From positions 29,146,437 through 29,210,436 of the forward strand of contig NC_092672.1 in the NCBI RefSeq assembly GCF_964355755.1: 64,000 nt of DNA. Reading direction: 5' to 3'. Made by a program: the position numbers and the translations under genes. A model generated the notes under the pieces. That model was not told the DNA's origin. It was given only the letters and a program-made list of their open reading frames with translations, and did no database searches. The DNA is from Antedon mediterranea (Eukaryota > Animalia > Echinodermata). Shown here piece by piece: positions 1-14,620 of this stretch (positions are counted from its first letter, which is position 1; each line of letters starts with the position of its first letter).

Positions 1-910
1 TAATTATATTTCTTTAAAAATTAGAAAAAAGAGAATTCAGTACAGGCGGTATTCTCATCTTTTTTTTAAATCAGTATTAAAATACCTGACAAAAGAAATA
101 AAAAGAATCAGTCTTACTCTTAAGTTAAACTGTAAGTAGTTCAGAAATAAATACACAAGAAAAATGCATTGTTTAAGATTGTCACAAAGGATACTGTAGG
201 AAGAGTAGTGTAAAGGCGAGTCACACCACAAACATTATGAATAATACCAGTAAAAAAATATTCAACTAATCATAGCATAAATTCAATAAACATCCAATTG
301 TACAGCCCCAATTGTAGACGAATTTGTCCATAAAGGCCACCCATCACAAATGAATAATGAGATAATTATGCCATGGACACAGTAGATTAATTACTCCATT
401 AAGATGCTTACAGATCACCTTAGAAAAACAATTTATTAAAATAATCAATCATGAATAGCACTGTAGAAATTTCACTGACTAAAAATAGAAATTTACATAA
501 ACACTATGTTGTGTAAGAGTATAACTAAAATTGATGTACATGTAAAGCATTTATTATTCTACTACCTGAAATAATTTTCTATTCATGTGAATCAAAAGCT
601 TTGACTAATTCGCATGCGTAATAATATTTTCATACTGCGACATGAACGAAATGCAGATAACAGGCTTTAAGGTTCTTTTTTATCATTTTTGAAACTACTG
701 TAAGAAACAACTTGTAAATACTGTTTTCTAGTACAAGAAATTGCATGTTTTAAACAATGATTCTGTGTATAACTTACTAATAGAACTTGAAGAATCCCTT
801 GACACCAATATGGTATTTAATTAAGGGATCACAGCGAAAGAGGTGTATAACATGTACAGTAACTACTAGTACTGCACAGGCATCACCTATATTCTGAGGA
901 AATCCCTTAA

Positions 911-2048
911 AATGGACCTGAAATGGATTTTCGATTTTTTTCATTTTAGAATGATGTTTTGGGGGCTATTAGGTGTTGCTAGAATGTATATTGTTACAAA
1001 ATATAAATTGGCCCTTTTGGGGAAAGCCCCATTTGAAAATCAAAAAAATTTGCGGGTGACGTCACTTTGCGAATATATTCCTATCCCTCCAATGGAAAAT
1101 TTGCAGTTTTTTGGCTATAACTCTTAAAATCTATGGAGTATTTTCTAAAAAATGCTTGTGCATTTGCAGAAACGTATTTAGAATTTTTTTAGATAAAATT
1201 ATTACCGTATAAACGGTTATTCATCGAGTAAATGACGATTTAAAATCTTAAAATCAACGGTTTTTTTCTGGCAATACCGAAGTTGGCCTGGCAACGTTGT
1301 CCGGGATACAGCTCCGTGCGCAATGATGCGTATCCATATTTTCCGTTCGTGTATTTTGTATATCGTTCGTAATTTATACTGCTAAAATGTGTTAGTTTCT
1401 TTAGTTTTTAGTTTAGCAGAATTAAATTAGTAATATGAGATGATAATTTATTTGTCACGAATCAGGCAGTTCGAAAACGAATTTTATTCATATTTTACTT
1501 TGGCTTGACAATGAGCGAAGCAAGTTGTTGATATCGCTTTGGTCCTTGGATGCACATGAAACGGAGCCTCGCCGCATGATGTGGGTGGTGGATCGACTCC
1601 GCGCGCTGGATTGAGGGGCCTAGGCTTAGTAAAGGTTTGGGAGGTAGGCCTTCTAAATTCGGGTTTTAGAACAAACGAAGTACATTTTAGGGACCTATAT
1701 TTCAACAACATTAGGTATTGAATAAATTAGTATTAGTGTCAACGCTTCGCGTATCTTTCCAGGCCGTCGATCATTCACTGACTATCGGGCGGCATATACA
1801 CGCTCTCGATATCATCGTGTGTATATGTGTATGTGACGTCGTGAATATAGAGGCTTCCGACGGCCGTTAAAATAGAATATTGCAATGGCGTGGGTAATTT
1901 TCACTAATTTACCATGGTATCTTAAAATTTCGTTTTTACTCAAAATACTATACATTTTATTTTTATTTGTATGGGTTTGTGTTAATTTGATACATTTAAA
2001 TAACATGTGTGAATTTCTTGAAAATCAAAATTCCATTTCAGGTCCATT
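911..2048. mobile_element. Non-autonomous DNA transposon, Kolobok-like
   Basis: 28-bp TIRs (AATGGACCTGAAATGGA..., first 17 bp perfect) flanked by TTAA on both sides (907-910, 2049-2052). RR...YY termini with a TTAA TSD fit Kolobok. No transposase ORF. Confidence 0.8.
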
Positions 2049-3349
2049 TTAAAGGAGACAATTTATTGGGTCCTGAAAAGGTGTTCCATAATGTTATCAG
2101 TGTGGTTTTGTACAGTAAATTACTTTTCATTTCTTTACAGATCAATACAACATTAAAACTAACCTACATTCCTTTATCCTTAAAAACAGGTCACAGACTA
2201 AAATAATATTATTCAATTCAATAACAACTGCAATGGTGGAAAGGCCAATTAAATTTATTTGAAATAACATTGAAATCACACTTTGATATCAAATTATCAT
2301 AATGCCTTGCAACAAACATTTACCATCAAGGTCGTATACAATTTACTGTAACCTAGTATGTATTAAACACTGAAAATTGATAATTCACAGTTTGTAAATG
2401 ATTTTAAACTGAAATTGTTGCCTTTTACTACATTCCCTGGAAAATAATTACAAGATTCTTCTTCATGCTGTTGGTAAACTTTTGTAGTGTTTAGACGCCA
2501 TACGTCCACTGGTACTCGGTGAGAGAGCGAACGACAAAATACCTCGAACAAATTTGGCAGTCGCCATGCCAGTTGACTTTCATGTGCGCATCATAATGTC
2601 TATATCATACTGTAGCGTAAGTAGTCAATGGGCATATAAAAAATGACGTCAAATGGTATCAGTTGAGACAGAATCGACGTGCAAATCAAAAAAATCCCTA
2701 TTATTGCGAGGGAACCAAATCATAAAATTTGTTTAGAATGTGCATTTTTTTTTATTCTGCGAGCATGATTGTACCAATACACATTTCTTTTCAAACATAT
2801 ATTCTTTCCTTCTAAAACATTTATAATTTCAGTACAGCCAGACTAAAAACTGTTCTTTTTCAATATTTTAACTCGTAAAATATTCTAACCATACATAAAT
2901 TTTTTATTTATTTTTTTTTTTTTTACAATTTCATTTTGTAATACTGTATTGTAATCTATATTACATGTGAAAAAGAAACTAGAGCCACAGATAAGTAAAT
3001 CTAATTGGTTGGATAACTTTAATTGGATACTGTACTCTCAAAGTACCACCCACTCTTCACTCAAGTTCTACTGTAATCCCTTTAGGAAATTCAGATGTTG
3101 AAACATAATATTTCCATTTATGAAAGTGAAATTTAGAAGGCATAACATCCATAGATCACATGACTTGTAAAGATAACAACAAACTTCTGGTTTAAAAGAC
3201 CACCTACTGTACACTCAGGTGCAGGATTGGCTGTGGCATAAAAAATAACACTCTCCTACTGTAGAACATCCAATAATGCCCTCAGTTTTGTTTCTGATAT
3301 TATAGTACAGTATAGTAGTAAAGTAGTATTCCAAAAATGATAATACAGA

Positions 3350-3530
3350 GGTCCACTACAGGGAATAATTTCGCCAGTGTAGCATAGCAAAAAGCTATAC
3401 AAAACAACCTTTTTGCTACACATTTCTACAATTGTGTAGCAAAAAATACAATACAAAACTATGTTTCTTGACTAAAAAATCAGTTTGATTAGCAATTTTG
3501 CTAAACAAAATTTTCAAATGAAATTTTTCC
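3350..3530 (-). repeat. Dispersed repeat fragment, inverted copy of 16295-16472
   Basis: About 180 bp aligns by eye, in reverse complement, to the interior of the MITE at 16133-17002. Confidence 0.8.
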
Positions 3531-3637
3531 ATGCACTATATCTACTGTATGAAAAATTTACAGTATCTACACTGGCCCAAACTTTTTCCCCTCCCTCTGG
3601 ATCCTGTAATGCCTTTCTGTACATCTACTGTAAAGAA

Positions 3638-4469
3638 CACTACAGTTTTGAAGTACTAATCTGTCATTTGAACTACTATATTCTGGTCCAATGGACAAGG
3701 ATCACACTACTGTATGTCCACACTATAGTTTCAAGTTCTAATCCATCATTTGAACTATGCTAGCCCAATGGACATAGGTCAGGCTACTGTTTGTCCACAC
3801 TATAGTTTCAAGTTATAATCTGTCATTTGAACTACTATATTCTGGTCCAATGGACATGGGTCAGACTACTGTATGTCCACACTATAGTTTCAAGTTCTAA
3901 TCCGTCATTTGAACTATGCTAGCCCAATGGACATAGGTCAGGCTACTGTTTGTCCACACTATAGTTTCAAGTTATAATCTGTCATTTGAACTACTATATT
4001 CTGGTCCAATGGACATGGGTCAGACTACTGTATGTTCACACTACAGTTTCAAGTTCTAATCCGTCATTTGAACTATGCTGGCCCAATGGACATGGGTCAG
4101 ACTATCGTATGTCCACACGATAGTTTCAAGTTCTAATCCGTCATTTGAACTACTGTATGCTGGCCCAATGGACATGGGTCAGACTACTGTAGGTCCACAC
4201 TATAGTTTCAAGTTCTAGTCCACGTCATTTGAACTATGCTGGCCCAATGGACATGGATAAGACTACTGTACAATGTCCACAGTACACTATAGTTTCAAGT
4301 TCTAATCCGTCATTTGAACTATGCTGGCCCAATGGACATGGATCAGACTACTGTCCACACTATAGTTTCAAGTTCTAGTCCACGTCATTTGAACTATGCT
4401 GGCCCAATAGACATGGATCAGACTACTGTCCACACTATAGTTTCAAGTTCTAATCTGTCATTTGAACTA
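3638..4469. repeat. Minisatellite with ~77/82-bp units, about 11 copies
   Basis: The motif CACTATAGTTTCAAGTTCTAATCCGTCATTTGAACTA recurs at 3638, 3721, 3798, 3880, 3957, 4039 and onward. Confidence 0.95.
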
Positions 4470-6395
4470 AGCTTGTTTGTGATACAAAATTATTATTATT
4501 ATTATCTCCAAACAAATATTTTACATTTTTATTTTTTTACTACTGTACAGTATTACTATCAACCTGTGTAATTACAGAAATGATGTCTAATTAACCCAAA
4601 GACTTTGAGTGATAAATCATTGCTTATTATAACTCATGCTCTATGTTTTACTATACTGTATTAGTATAACGTTTATAAACATAAGGGGTCAGATAAAGGT
4701 CATCAGTATAAGGATAAACTTTAATTATGCAGATTGAGATATCATAAGAAGAAGTCATTAAAAAACACAAACTACCCACTACTGTACTAATTATAAAATG
4801 TTTTGCATTTATCAATATTTCTGTACACTGCATGATTGTGATCTAATATGTAAAAATAAAACTTGTTGAAAGGCAATACAAATGGATATGTTGGAAAAAT
4901 TACAATACAAATACAAGAATGGCTTTTTCTTTTATAAGACATTGGTTGTACAGTACTGTAAACATTTATCAACTTTCACAGCTTTTTCCCTGGGATTAAA
5001 TTTGGTCACTCATAATGAAAAAAAAAAGATTTAAAAAACCATTTAAAAACCCCTTTTTAATGCCACAAGTAGTATTATACTGTAACTTAACAGTACTTTG
5101 TTTTTCGATGTATAGTATTAAGTTACAGTAGGTTTATTTATATATTTATTTAAACAATATTTTACGAATGTGGTCCATCCAGCCGAAGCTGATCATTAGG
5201 GACCCTCACAGAAATACATCATGACAAGACATAAACATGTACAGTACAGTAATAATAATAAAAATTTAATTAAAATAAATATAATTTATAAAGATAAAAT
5301 AAAGCACAAACAATTTTACAGTGGAATAACTCATTTATCAAAATATAACTTCCTAGACGTCATTTTATACAAATTTCTTATATAATTTATCATCTATCTA
5401 GTCAGTTGATTTGTACAATTTGACAAAATGACATCTTAAAAGTAGTTTAATCAGAAAACATGTGGAACTTGTCATTTATCATTTCCCATCAACATGTTAA
5501 CTACTGTATATTATTTTACTCTCTGACATTCTTTTAGTAATGATCTTATTATTCATACTGTATTACCATTTTTATAAAAAATATCAACTCGCATGAAAAT
5601 TTTGTATTCTCATTTTTTAATGTTGTTATTCAAACGTCAAAGCCGCATTATACTGTAAATACACATGTACTGTAATCCACTTAATCATAAAATCTCAATG
5701 TATTCTCATACATAATAAACTTTAATTAATAAGCAATGATCATATTAACAATATTTATTATTGAAAATACTCTATTTTCAGTTAAAAAAAGTGTCTGTAT
5801 CATGTAACACTAAACAGTATCATTTAAAAGTTTATCCATGTTATAGGAACTCACAACAGGTCAACTTTCTTAATATATAACAAGCATTCAGTTATGGAAT
5901 TCACTCCCCTTTTTTGTTCAAAGCTCCTCTTCATTACAATTATTTAAACAGAGATCTAAAGGCTACTTTTGTGAAATTCTTAGATTAAGAGAAATTTAAT
6001 TTGGATATTGTTTGTGTATTATGTTTAATTAATTGTGGTTACCTTGTTTATTCTGTTATATTTTTATAGGACCACAATGGAAATAACTTTGCCGTCTCGG
6101 TACTTTTTTGTGTTTTTATCCTATGATTTTATATCAGAATAAAGAAATAAAAATAAATAAATATTCAATCTAAAATGTGCCATACAATATACACATGTTA
6201 ATCTACTCAAATCTTACAATCTCATAAATCATACTGTACAAAAAATAATTGTTAATAAACAATGATCATATAACAATATGTATTGAAAATAGTTTATTTT
6301 AAAATAATAATCAGGTTCTCTTTTTCAAAAGGTCTCTCAGAATATAGAAAAAAATCAAGAATCATACAGCAATGGTGAGGAGTTTGATGCTATAA

Positions 6396-6524
6396 AGCTC
6401 TGTCTACACTATCAAACTTTATTTGACAAAAAAAAATGGACATACAGTACTACAGAATATCACTACCATATTTGGGCACATTACACTTTTTTTGTCAAAC
6501 TAGTTTGATAGTGTAGACAGAGCT
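6396..6524. mobile_element. MITE, PIF/Harbinger (Tourist)-like
   Basis: Perfect TIR AGCTCTGTCTACACTATCAAACT with a TAA TSD on both sides. Related copies occur elsewhere in the window. Confidence 0.85.
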
Positions 6525-7018
6525 TAAGTAATTATTAATTACGATTAGGTCTACAGGATAGATGGATATGCTGTGTATGTGGCGTAGTAAGAAGAGTTCA
6601 GTAATAGTATCGTTCAACTTCATACTGTACACAAATACAAAGTCCGCTCAAGTCTACATGTACCCTAACATTCCAAAGAATATGAACAGTTGATTGATTG
6701 ATTGAATGGACATTAATTGATGACATTCACTACAATGACAATTAACAATACATCACTTGTAATGTGTTTATGTTAAACAAGTATTCAATGGTGGCATAAT
6801 ACAATACAGTATACACATGGTATACACAATTAAAATCTTTCAATTCATTCATTGTGTAGTCATGTATACAATGACCTACTGTACAAAGAATAAGGGCTAA
6901 CACAATTACATGAACAATTAAAAACATTCATAAAAAAATAAAGAATAAGTGTCTTGTGCATGGTTTCTTCAGTCTTTTTTAGTAAAAAATTGGTGACGCA
7001 CCAGTGACTCACTGTACT

Positions 7019-7437
7019 AATCAGCCCGCGATATTTCTTTTCGTACATAAGTTGGTGACACCAGTGACCTCATGATGTCACCACAAAAAAAATGAATATC
7101 ATACAGTAGTCATCCATAAGGTGTGACGTAGGAATTGACCAACTACAATTCTTTAATACAAACGCTTTCTGATGAGCCGTCTGTGAAGTGGAGTGGATTA
7201 GACAATGGACCTATAAATTAACTAATTTATAGGTCCATAATTAGACTATGGACTTTGTATGTCGATGTACTGTATGGGGTTCGAATCCTATGATTAACTT
7301 TTTATTTTTATAGTGAGAGAGATTATTTTTAGAGGATTAGGTTAAATTTGGAACTTAAAGGAAGTAGTTCGGCTTTCTTTTCACATTACTGTAGGAGTCC
7401 CCAACTTATGTACGAAAAAAAAAATTGCGTTCAGCTT
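7019..7437. mobile_element. Degenerate MITE-like inverted repeat element
   Basis: About 40-bp inverted repeats with core TTTTCGTACATAAGTTGG (7037-7054) and CCAACTTATGTACGAAAA (~7400-7417). No clear TSD. Confidence 0.55.
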
Positions 7438-7766
7438 AGTGTTCTGGTGTTAACATCTCAACAGGATTATTTTTACAATTTTACTAATATAAATAATAAT
7501 GGAAATATTTGAAATTTATCAACTTGACAGTTACTGTCACACACAAAACCAGTAACTGATACTATAAGAAAACATGATAGATTACAAAACATTAAATGAA
7601 TGTAACCGGACACTAAAAAATACTGTATTCAGGGTGTGATTGGCAACCTATCTAGCTTATTCCCAATGGACCTCACTAATCCTTAGGGATAGACCATGTA
7701 AATAAAACTATGTCAATGAAATTGACAGCATTGTTATTTATGACAGTTTATTAATCACTAAATTTA

Positions 7767-8135
7767 GGATCTGTTTCTGCTACATAGCGCCCGAAAAAAA
7801 CATTCATTTATTTATAGGCCAAACGCATTTCTGCTCCTAAATAAATCCTTTAGATTTGTGGTCGATCGTTATAATAATTAATGTTTCAAAATGCAATACA
7901 ATCCGGCGGTCCAACATTCAAGATACTAGTACAGCTTTCAATAACCGCTATTTTGTGTTAAAGCGGTACCAGTTAAATGGCGTTCTAACACCGAATCAAT
8001 TAACCGTTATTTTCAGGATGCCATTAATAACCGGTTATTATAAAATATTTTTTCTGTTTCTGCTGCCAAGAAATTGGGGTTAATTTTATTCACGATTTAA
8101 TAATTGGTTCTTTTTTTCGCAGCACAAACAGGACC
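7767..8135. mobile_element. Harbinger-like MITE (GGNCYGTTTCTGCTGC family), degenerate
   Basis: Ends are GGATCTGTTTCTGCTACA and GCAGCACAAACAGGACC. The same terminus occurs at 16133, 17098, 40707 and ~47620. Confidence 0.6.
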
Positions 8136-8560
8136 ATGGTAATTTATGTTTCTAGACGCTTGAATTGAAGCTTTTAAAAAAGATTTTAAGTCAGAGGAGA
8201 AGGAAATATCTGACTACATCTTGTATATTTTTGTGGACAAAACCAGACAACTACTGTAGGCAAAAAATCAACAAACTTGTGACATTTTATCTACCTATGT
8301 TTACAAATCTCATTGTAAGTAATTAGCTACAGTACTTTGCACCCAGTGAGCCCTTATTTATCTAGTCAGGACAAAGTTAGGCCATTGAGATTTTCCCCAT
8401 GGCTAGACTGATGAATTGGTTACACTTGAAATCAACCTCAACTGAAGGTTTTATCAACAATATTTTCAACCTACAGTACTGTATGGCTGGCAGATTCAAT
8501 TCAACCAGATACAATACTGTACAGTCATGCTCTGAAGTAGAGCTTTTCTAAAAAAATGTT

Positions 8561-8815
8561 GACCATGCCTTGTTCAGTGATTTCGAGCTCGTTCCTCGTG
8601 GGTGTCGCTTTCGATGCCCGGCATGTAGAACAAACCGGAAAAGAAATTCGTTTTTGCCAGTGGCCATCTAACTATTAAATTCTTGAACTTTGACTCTTGT
8701 TATATTGTACTGTGTATTGTGATATTTTGTATGTTTTGTAAGATCATTTTAATCCAGACCTTTTTATTTGAATTGCCCCGTGTGGGATGATTAAAGAATT
8801 TTGAATTGAATTGAA
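8561..8815 (+). mobile_element. 3' end of a Rex1/Babar-like non-LTR retrotransposon
   Basis: Translates to DHALFSDFELVPRGCRFRCPACRTNRKRNSFLPVAI*LLN, resembling the Rex1-type ORF C-terminus (F-x-LLPSGRR...RT-x-R...SF-x-P-x-AI-x-LLN). It is followed by a (TTGAA)n tail. Confidence 0.75.
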
Positions 8816-9576
8816 GTGAAAGATTGACATTTTTGTGGAGGTGTTTCCAGAATATAAATGAAAAAAATTTAAAGTAAAAAGTGTTTTTAATACTCTAGTA
8901 CTGTTCGAGTAGTATTATTAGTAAACAGTAATAAAAATATAGAATCTATCTACAGTATGTTCTTCCTTTTACATTCCAGTATGACCATTTACACATAACA
9001 TGGATGGAGCGGACAGGTGGTTTCCGCTCAAGATAGATAAAGATTCTACGTGGGACAAGCTACAGTATGAGGTTTTCCATTTTCCGTTGCTGCTCATCAG
9101 TGTAAATTGCTCTTTAAATTTAAGCAAAGGGCTTAAAAATGTAAGGGCGCTTGGGTCAACTGGGCCCCTCATATGGCCGGATACCATGTACTGTACTGAC
9201 TGTATAATGTTGGTACAGTATCAGCGTCCTTTAATTTATTCCTGTTACAGTTTTTATACTGCCCATTGATACTGCATTTACAGACTAGAGTTAACATTAC
9301 ATATTCAGTGAATTAAACGTATTAATAATTATTTTACTTCTTGGTAAATACGGGAAAACATCAATTTATAGCACCAATGATTTAACAATAAATTGTGTGT
9401 ATCACTATCAGTATCAGTATAAATGAATATTATAATACAGTACAGTACACCCCAAAAATCTAGTCTTATCAGTAGTACTGTACTACTATCATGTCCAATT
9501 AAAATGTAACAGATGTAAACAACGACTTGTGAAATATCGAACCAACAATTATCTGTCTGCAGTTATTCAAATCCAA

Positions 9577-9745
9577 CAGTACTACTATACTGTACAAGGT
9601 ACCTACTATTATACTGTACAAGGTACAGTACTGTAAACATACAGTACTGCTATTATACTGTACAAGGTACAGTACTGTTACTGTAAACATACAGTACTAC
9701 ATACTGTACAAGGTACAGTACTGTAAACATACAGTACTACTGTAC
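9577..9745. repeat. Short tandem repeat built from TACTGTA/TACAGTA
   Basis: TACTGTACAAGGTACAGTACTGTAAACATACAGTAC is repeated about 3-4 times. Confidence 0.8.
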
Positions 9746-11064
9746 CTGCACAGTTATTAATATTTCCAACTGGCAATGCATAGATCTGTATGGGTCTGTA
9801 GTATGTAATGTGCTACCTACCTGAAAGGGCAAAAAAGATAATTATCTTCGCACTTCAAAACCAACTGTTTATAATAATAGTAATCCAAGTCTGTCCGTTG
9901 AACATGCATTAATTGGTGTGATCAGTCGTGTGAGCCTGGAGTACTCGTAACCATATGATATCTACGATTGTCTCTTAGATCCACCCGCTTCAATGGGCAC
10001 AACACAGGTAAATGAGCCAGAATATCAAATGAGCGAGAAAACACCATGGCCAGCATAATATAATTGTAACGCTTGAGCGATCACAGTGTATAATGACACT
10101 TCATGCTTGACTGACACTGATGAAGTGGGCGGGGCTTAAATGCTTTGTTATTGTTTACTGCAGGTACCGTGGCACCTTGATTTTATCTGCAGTAAAGTCA
10201 ATTGGTTTCATTATTATTAATTAAAGACACAATTCCCTGCAATTTTGGACGCTTTTAAAATGATTAAACCAGGTATTCCTTGTACTTAATACTACGTTGT
10301 TAATGTTCTATGGTTAATTTAATACAAACATTCCAAATCCAATCCTCCTTATTTCTCCGGGAGCCTCACAATTTTCATACAGTACAATCCGAATGTACCC
10401 AAAATTGAGGTTGCATCGAACATTTTCTACCCTAGGACAGTATTGTATGCTCTCGGACCTAGCCGGGTAATACCCATAAGGTATGAACTATATAGGCCTA
10501 GCCTTAATTACTGTACTGTAAAAAATGAATCTACAATCTAAACTCTACTGTTCACAGAAACTACTGTGTGGCCTTAACAGACGTTTCTTTGAACTTCAGA
10601 ACTCTGAAGGTACTGTAATGTACAGTAGAGCTTATTCATCTAAAATCACAGTATCTACATAATTTACCCATAATTATGGCATTCTAAGCTTATGCCGTCC
10701 AACTTTTCATATAATGATTTGAGAAAGCCTATTGCAAGTTATACAGTAATTGAAATATGCAGTGTTACAATCAGTTAACACAAAATGACTGTAGATACAG
10801 TAGTAGTTAACACATTGTACAGTTACTACCATCTTTAGACCACCTTGTTATATCATACAGTTAACATTAATATTGCGAGATTTTAGAGCCAGCTATCTTA
10901 CTGTATTTATTCGAATAAATGCCCTGGGGCGTTTATTGTTTGGGAGGGTTTTACGAGGGGCGTTTCTTGTTCGGGAGGGTGTTTAGAGGGGCGTTCATTT
11001 GAGGGAGGTGTTTATTCCTTTATGCTGACGACACAACAGTACTTTATTCTAACAAAAATGTCCA

Positions 11065-11830
11065 ATCCTTATTCAATACTGATCAATTTGTCCCAATATT
11101 TTGCCGCTAATAAACTTTCTCTCAATCATAAAAAATGTAGCTTCATCCTCTTTGGGACCCCACAACTACGGTATTAAAATCTATTGACTTATCAGCCAAC
11201 AAAATTACCATTGACAACCATGATATAACTTGTGTACAATCAGCTAAGTTTTTAGGTGTAGTAATGGACAGCAATCTAACTTTTATTCACTAAAAAGAAG
11301 TAGAAAATAAAACTTCCAAAAGCGTTATCATCTAGGTTATCCTCATTTGTACCCCTTAATATTCTTCAATCAAACCCTTTACTGCTTCCTCATTCTTCCC
11401 TATTTGAGCTACTGTAACATTGTCTGGGCCAATACTTGCATATCCAACCTCAGTAAACTGCAAATTATACAAAAGAAGGCTATCAGGATTATATCCGGCG
11501 CTCCACCACGGTCTCATTCTTCCCATTTATTTTCAAACCTTTAATCTCCTTAAACTCACTGATATAAACTTAATGCAACAAGGCAAATTTGTATTCTCCG
11601 CCCTGCATTCCACTTCTCCAAATCATTTAAGCAATATGTTTATTTGCAATTTTTCTATTCACAATTACCCTACACGTTCTAGAACAGATAGTACAGTATA
11701 CACATACCTATCCACAACACCAATTATTTTCAAAACAGTATTAGATACTCCGGTCCATCAATGATGAACAGTTTACCACCCCCAATTACAAATGCTGTTT
11801 CAATTTTCCAAAAAAATTTAAACACCTATT
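11065..11830 (+). mobile_element. Decayed L2/CR1-group LINE, C-terminal part of the RT ORF
   Basis: Frameshifted peptides FAANKLSLN-x-KK, KFLGVVMDSNL, LPYLSYCNIVW...LQIIQKKAIRII...LFSNL, IHNYPTRSR are typical of CR1/L2-clade ORF2 C-termini. The flanks at 10899-11020 and 11860-11915 carry GGGCGTTTATT repeats of an older TA-type MITE. Confidence 0.85.
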
Positions 11831-12956
11831 GTCAAATTGAAATTTGTTGAATGCAATAGTGCGTTTATTCAAATGAAGGCATTATTCAAAGAGGAATGTT
11901 TATTTTAATAAAGGTATATTGTGTTATCCATTATGTATTACTGTACTTTGTTGATGGGTTCATCTTTAAAAACAATGTCTTGTTCTTTTCTTTGAACCAA
12001 AGCTTTCTTTGAATATGGTCAGAGGAATTAACTTTTGTTTCCTGTTTTCAGTAACTAAATGTTTTATCACGACTTGTAAGTAAGTATGTTAATCATGTGC
12101 TCATAATTTAAAATGATTGAATATTTCCAAACACAAGCCAACCATTGTAAACCGTTCCAAATCATAACTATCACTTCTTGTGTTCCCATTGTTTTATTCA
12201 TATGAGCGTAAAATCATATTATTATGACATTTCACATTCGAAAACAAAAATGGTCAATAATACAATTATATAATGATAATGTAGTTCAATGTTCACAACA
12301 TTTATTTTTTAATTGAACTGAATCTTTATGAGTGCAATGGTACAAATAAGTTCATGAGGTCAAAGATGAATGGTTATTTAACATCATTTCATCTTTCTCC
12401 AAAATAAATAATTTGTTGAAGGAAAATAAATAACTTGTTTTACACACATACTGTAATTTTAATGAAAGTCTAGGCCAAGGCCTCTATTTAATAAAACAGC
12501 TCTCCAATTTTGGCAGGTACAGTACTACTACTAGTATACTGTACACAACAGGTTGATTCAAAAGCGATCAAGAGACTAGCCTCCGACCTGTCGCGCATTC
12601 CAATAGCTCATAATTGTAACAAGAATAAACTGCATAACAATACTGCACGCGCATACCAAAATTGTACTCCTAAAGGGCCCAATAGTTCAATGGAATAGTT
12701 ATTGAATATCATGTGACCCACAATCCTTCAATCAAATTACAAGTATCTATTCATATGCATTATAATAATATTGGACAAATTACAATCACAGTACTACGGA
12801 AACTATTTGGTTTTTATTCTTATTCTGTAGTGTAATAAAGTTTTTAAAATTTTAAATGGTTCTTTTACACCTGTTCAGGCATGTTTTGTTTTCACATTAA
12901 ATTTTGTGCGGCTTGCTACGCGTACTGTAGCCACGTGGAGCGGCAAAGTTGTGTTT

Positions 12957-13107
12957 TGATCTAACCAGGTTCCCATTACTGGGTGGAGAGAGGCAAACAC
13001 GCAAGTAAATATCTCGCATAAGAATATAAGCAATGCGGCGAGAGTTGGATTCGAACCTCAATCTCACGATTAGTAGTTGAACGTCCAACACAATGCGCCA
13101 CATGCCC
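12957..13107 (-). mobile_element. tRNA-derived SINE
   Basis: On the minus strand: an A-box-like TGGCGCATTGTG, a B-box GGTTCGAATCC, then a SINE-body-like TGCCTCTCTCCACCCAG...AATGGGAACCTGG. Confidence 0.7.
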
Positions 13108-14620
13108 TTGTGATACAGTATACTGTGTAGAATCATCAAACTTCCCTACCGATCTAAAAGTTAAAAAATTTACTTTGAACAATCAGAAAATTTGATGAAA
13201 AGATTTATAAAGAAAAAACATTGTTGAATACTGAACTGAAGTAGTTTGGTGAGACTGAGAGCAAGCTGCTTTTATTAACAAGCTAAAATAAGATTTAAAA
13301 CTTTACACCTTGAACTATGGTACAAATTCAAGTTTATTTTTTATTCTCTAGTGAAAAGTGTTTATTTATTTTGAGATAAGAAAACTTCACACCTAATAAC
13401 TTTACAAAGAAAATTATAATCTGTAAAAATAAGTTTAATCTTAAAAATTAACGTCCCAGAAGCATCCATGCGTGGGTGTACAGGAATGTCTACCCCTACC
13501 TGGTTTTGTGTTTGTATTAAGTTTATAAATTCTTTTTTGAAAGAAAACAAATCGATGGGAGGAGCAGAAAGTACAGTATTAAACAGTACAGTACCTCGAA
13601 ATCTTAAAATATGCAATAACAAAAATTATTAGTTTAAAAAATAAAACACAGTTTTTGGTATATAATATAAAATTTCATTGTGTTTTTGTGCAATTTTGTA
13701 GCTACTGTATGCAAAATTCAAATTGTTCCAAAAAAAAATATATCACTTTAGTCTGTGGTCTTGTTTCCGAAAAAAATAAACAATTATTAAACCATGTGAA
13801 TAAAACATGAGAAATTTCCAATTAAACAAGAAATGGCAGCCTGTGAAAGTTATTGATTGGGTGTTTAACTTTAACGCCATTCAACCAGTTATCGCTAATT
13901 GCAAAATAACGGTTTTGATTGACCACTGACCGTCAACTACTGTCGCATCTTTAATATTTGTCTGCCTCACATTGCATTTTGGGTAAAGTTAACTTTTTTC
14001 GTCAACGACTACCCAGTAATTTAAACAGTTATTTTGGGAGGACAAATTAAAAAGAACAGAAATGTAGTAGATAAAAATTTTACTTTTTTTACTTTACAGT
14101 TCATTCATCCCTTAGCAGCAAAAATAGACAGTGCTGTATGTTGTTACAACACAAATATACAGTAATGCACAGTAGTATAAACAGTATGTTGATGTGTAGA
14201 GTAATAAACTATAGGTGGATGTATAGGCTACTTTAGGGAATACTAAATCCTTGAAAGTTGTGTACTGTATACAATAGGGATACTGTATGGTACTGACAAC
14301 ATTAAAATACCAAGTATTTATCTACTGTAGTTAATAGTGAAATTAAAATATGGTTGTTGAACGTAACTAAAGCCATAAGTCTTTTATTGGGCTGGCATCC
14401 CAGAACATGCTAACTGACATAGAACCGGAACATCCTCTGTAGTCAGCCATTCCAAACAGATAGCAATTTTAAATTTTGCGCAAAAGTACCTGTATGATTT
14501 GCATAATGTTTTCTAAAGGACACACATTCGAGAAATTTAGATGCGAAGTGGAAGAGAGTGACAAAACATGCGTAGTGTTCTTGTGTACTGTAACAAGAAT
14601 AGACAGTCATGCTGCATATC

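Noticed and set aside
2363-2590. Minus-strand ORF (…LAWRLPNLFEVFCRSLSHRVPVDVWRL…) as a terminal exon
   Set aside because: It has an in-frame TGA at 2591-2593, no convincing acceptor and no recognisable domain.
9821-10160. GC-richer stretch with a minus-strand donor-like site
   Set aside because: All three minus-strand frames and the plus frames I translated contain stops, and no protein similarity was recognisable.
10221-10577. Second Kolobok-like element starting TTAAAGACAC
   Set aside because: No well-matching right TIR was found (only a weak GTGTGGCCTTAA).
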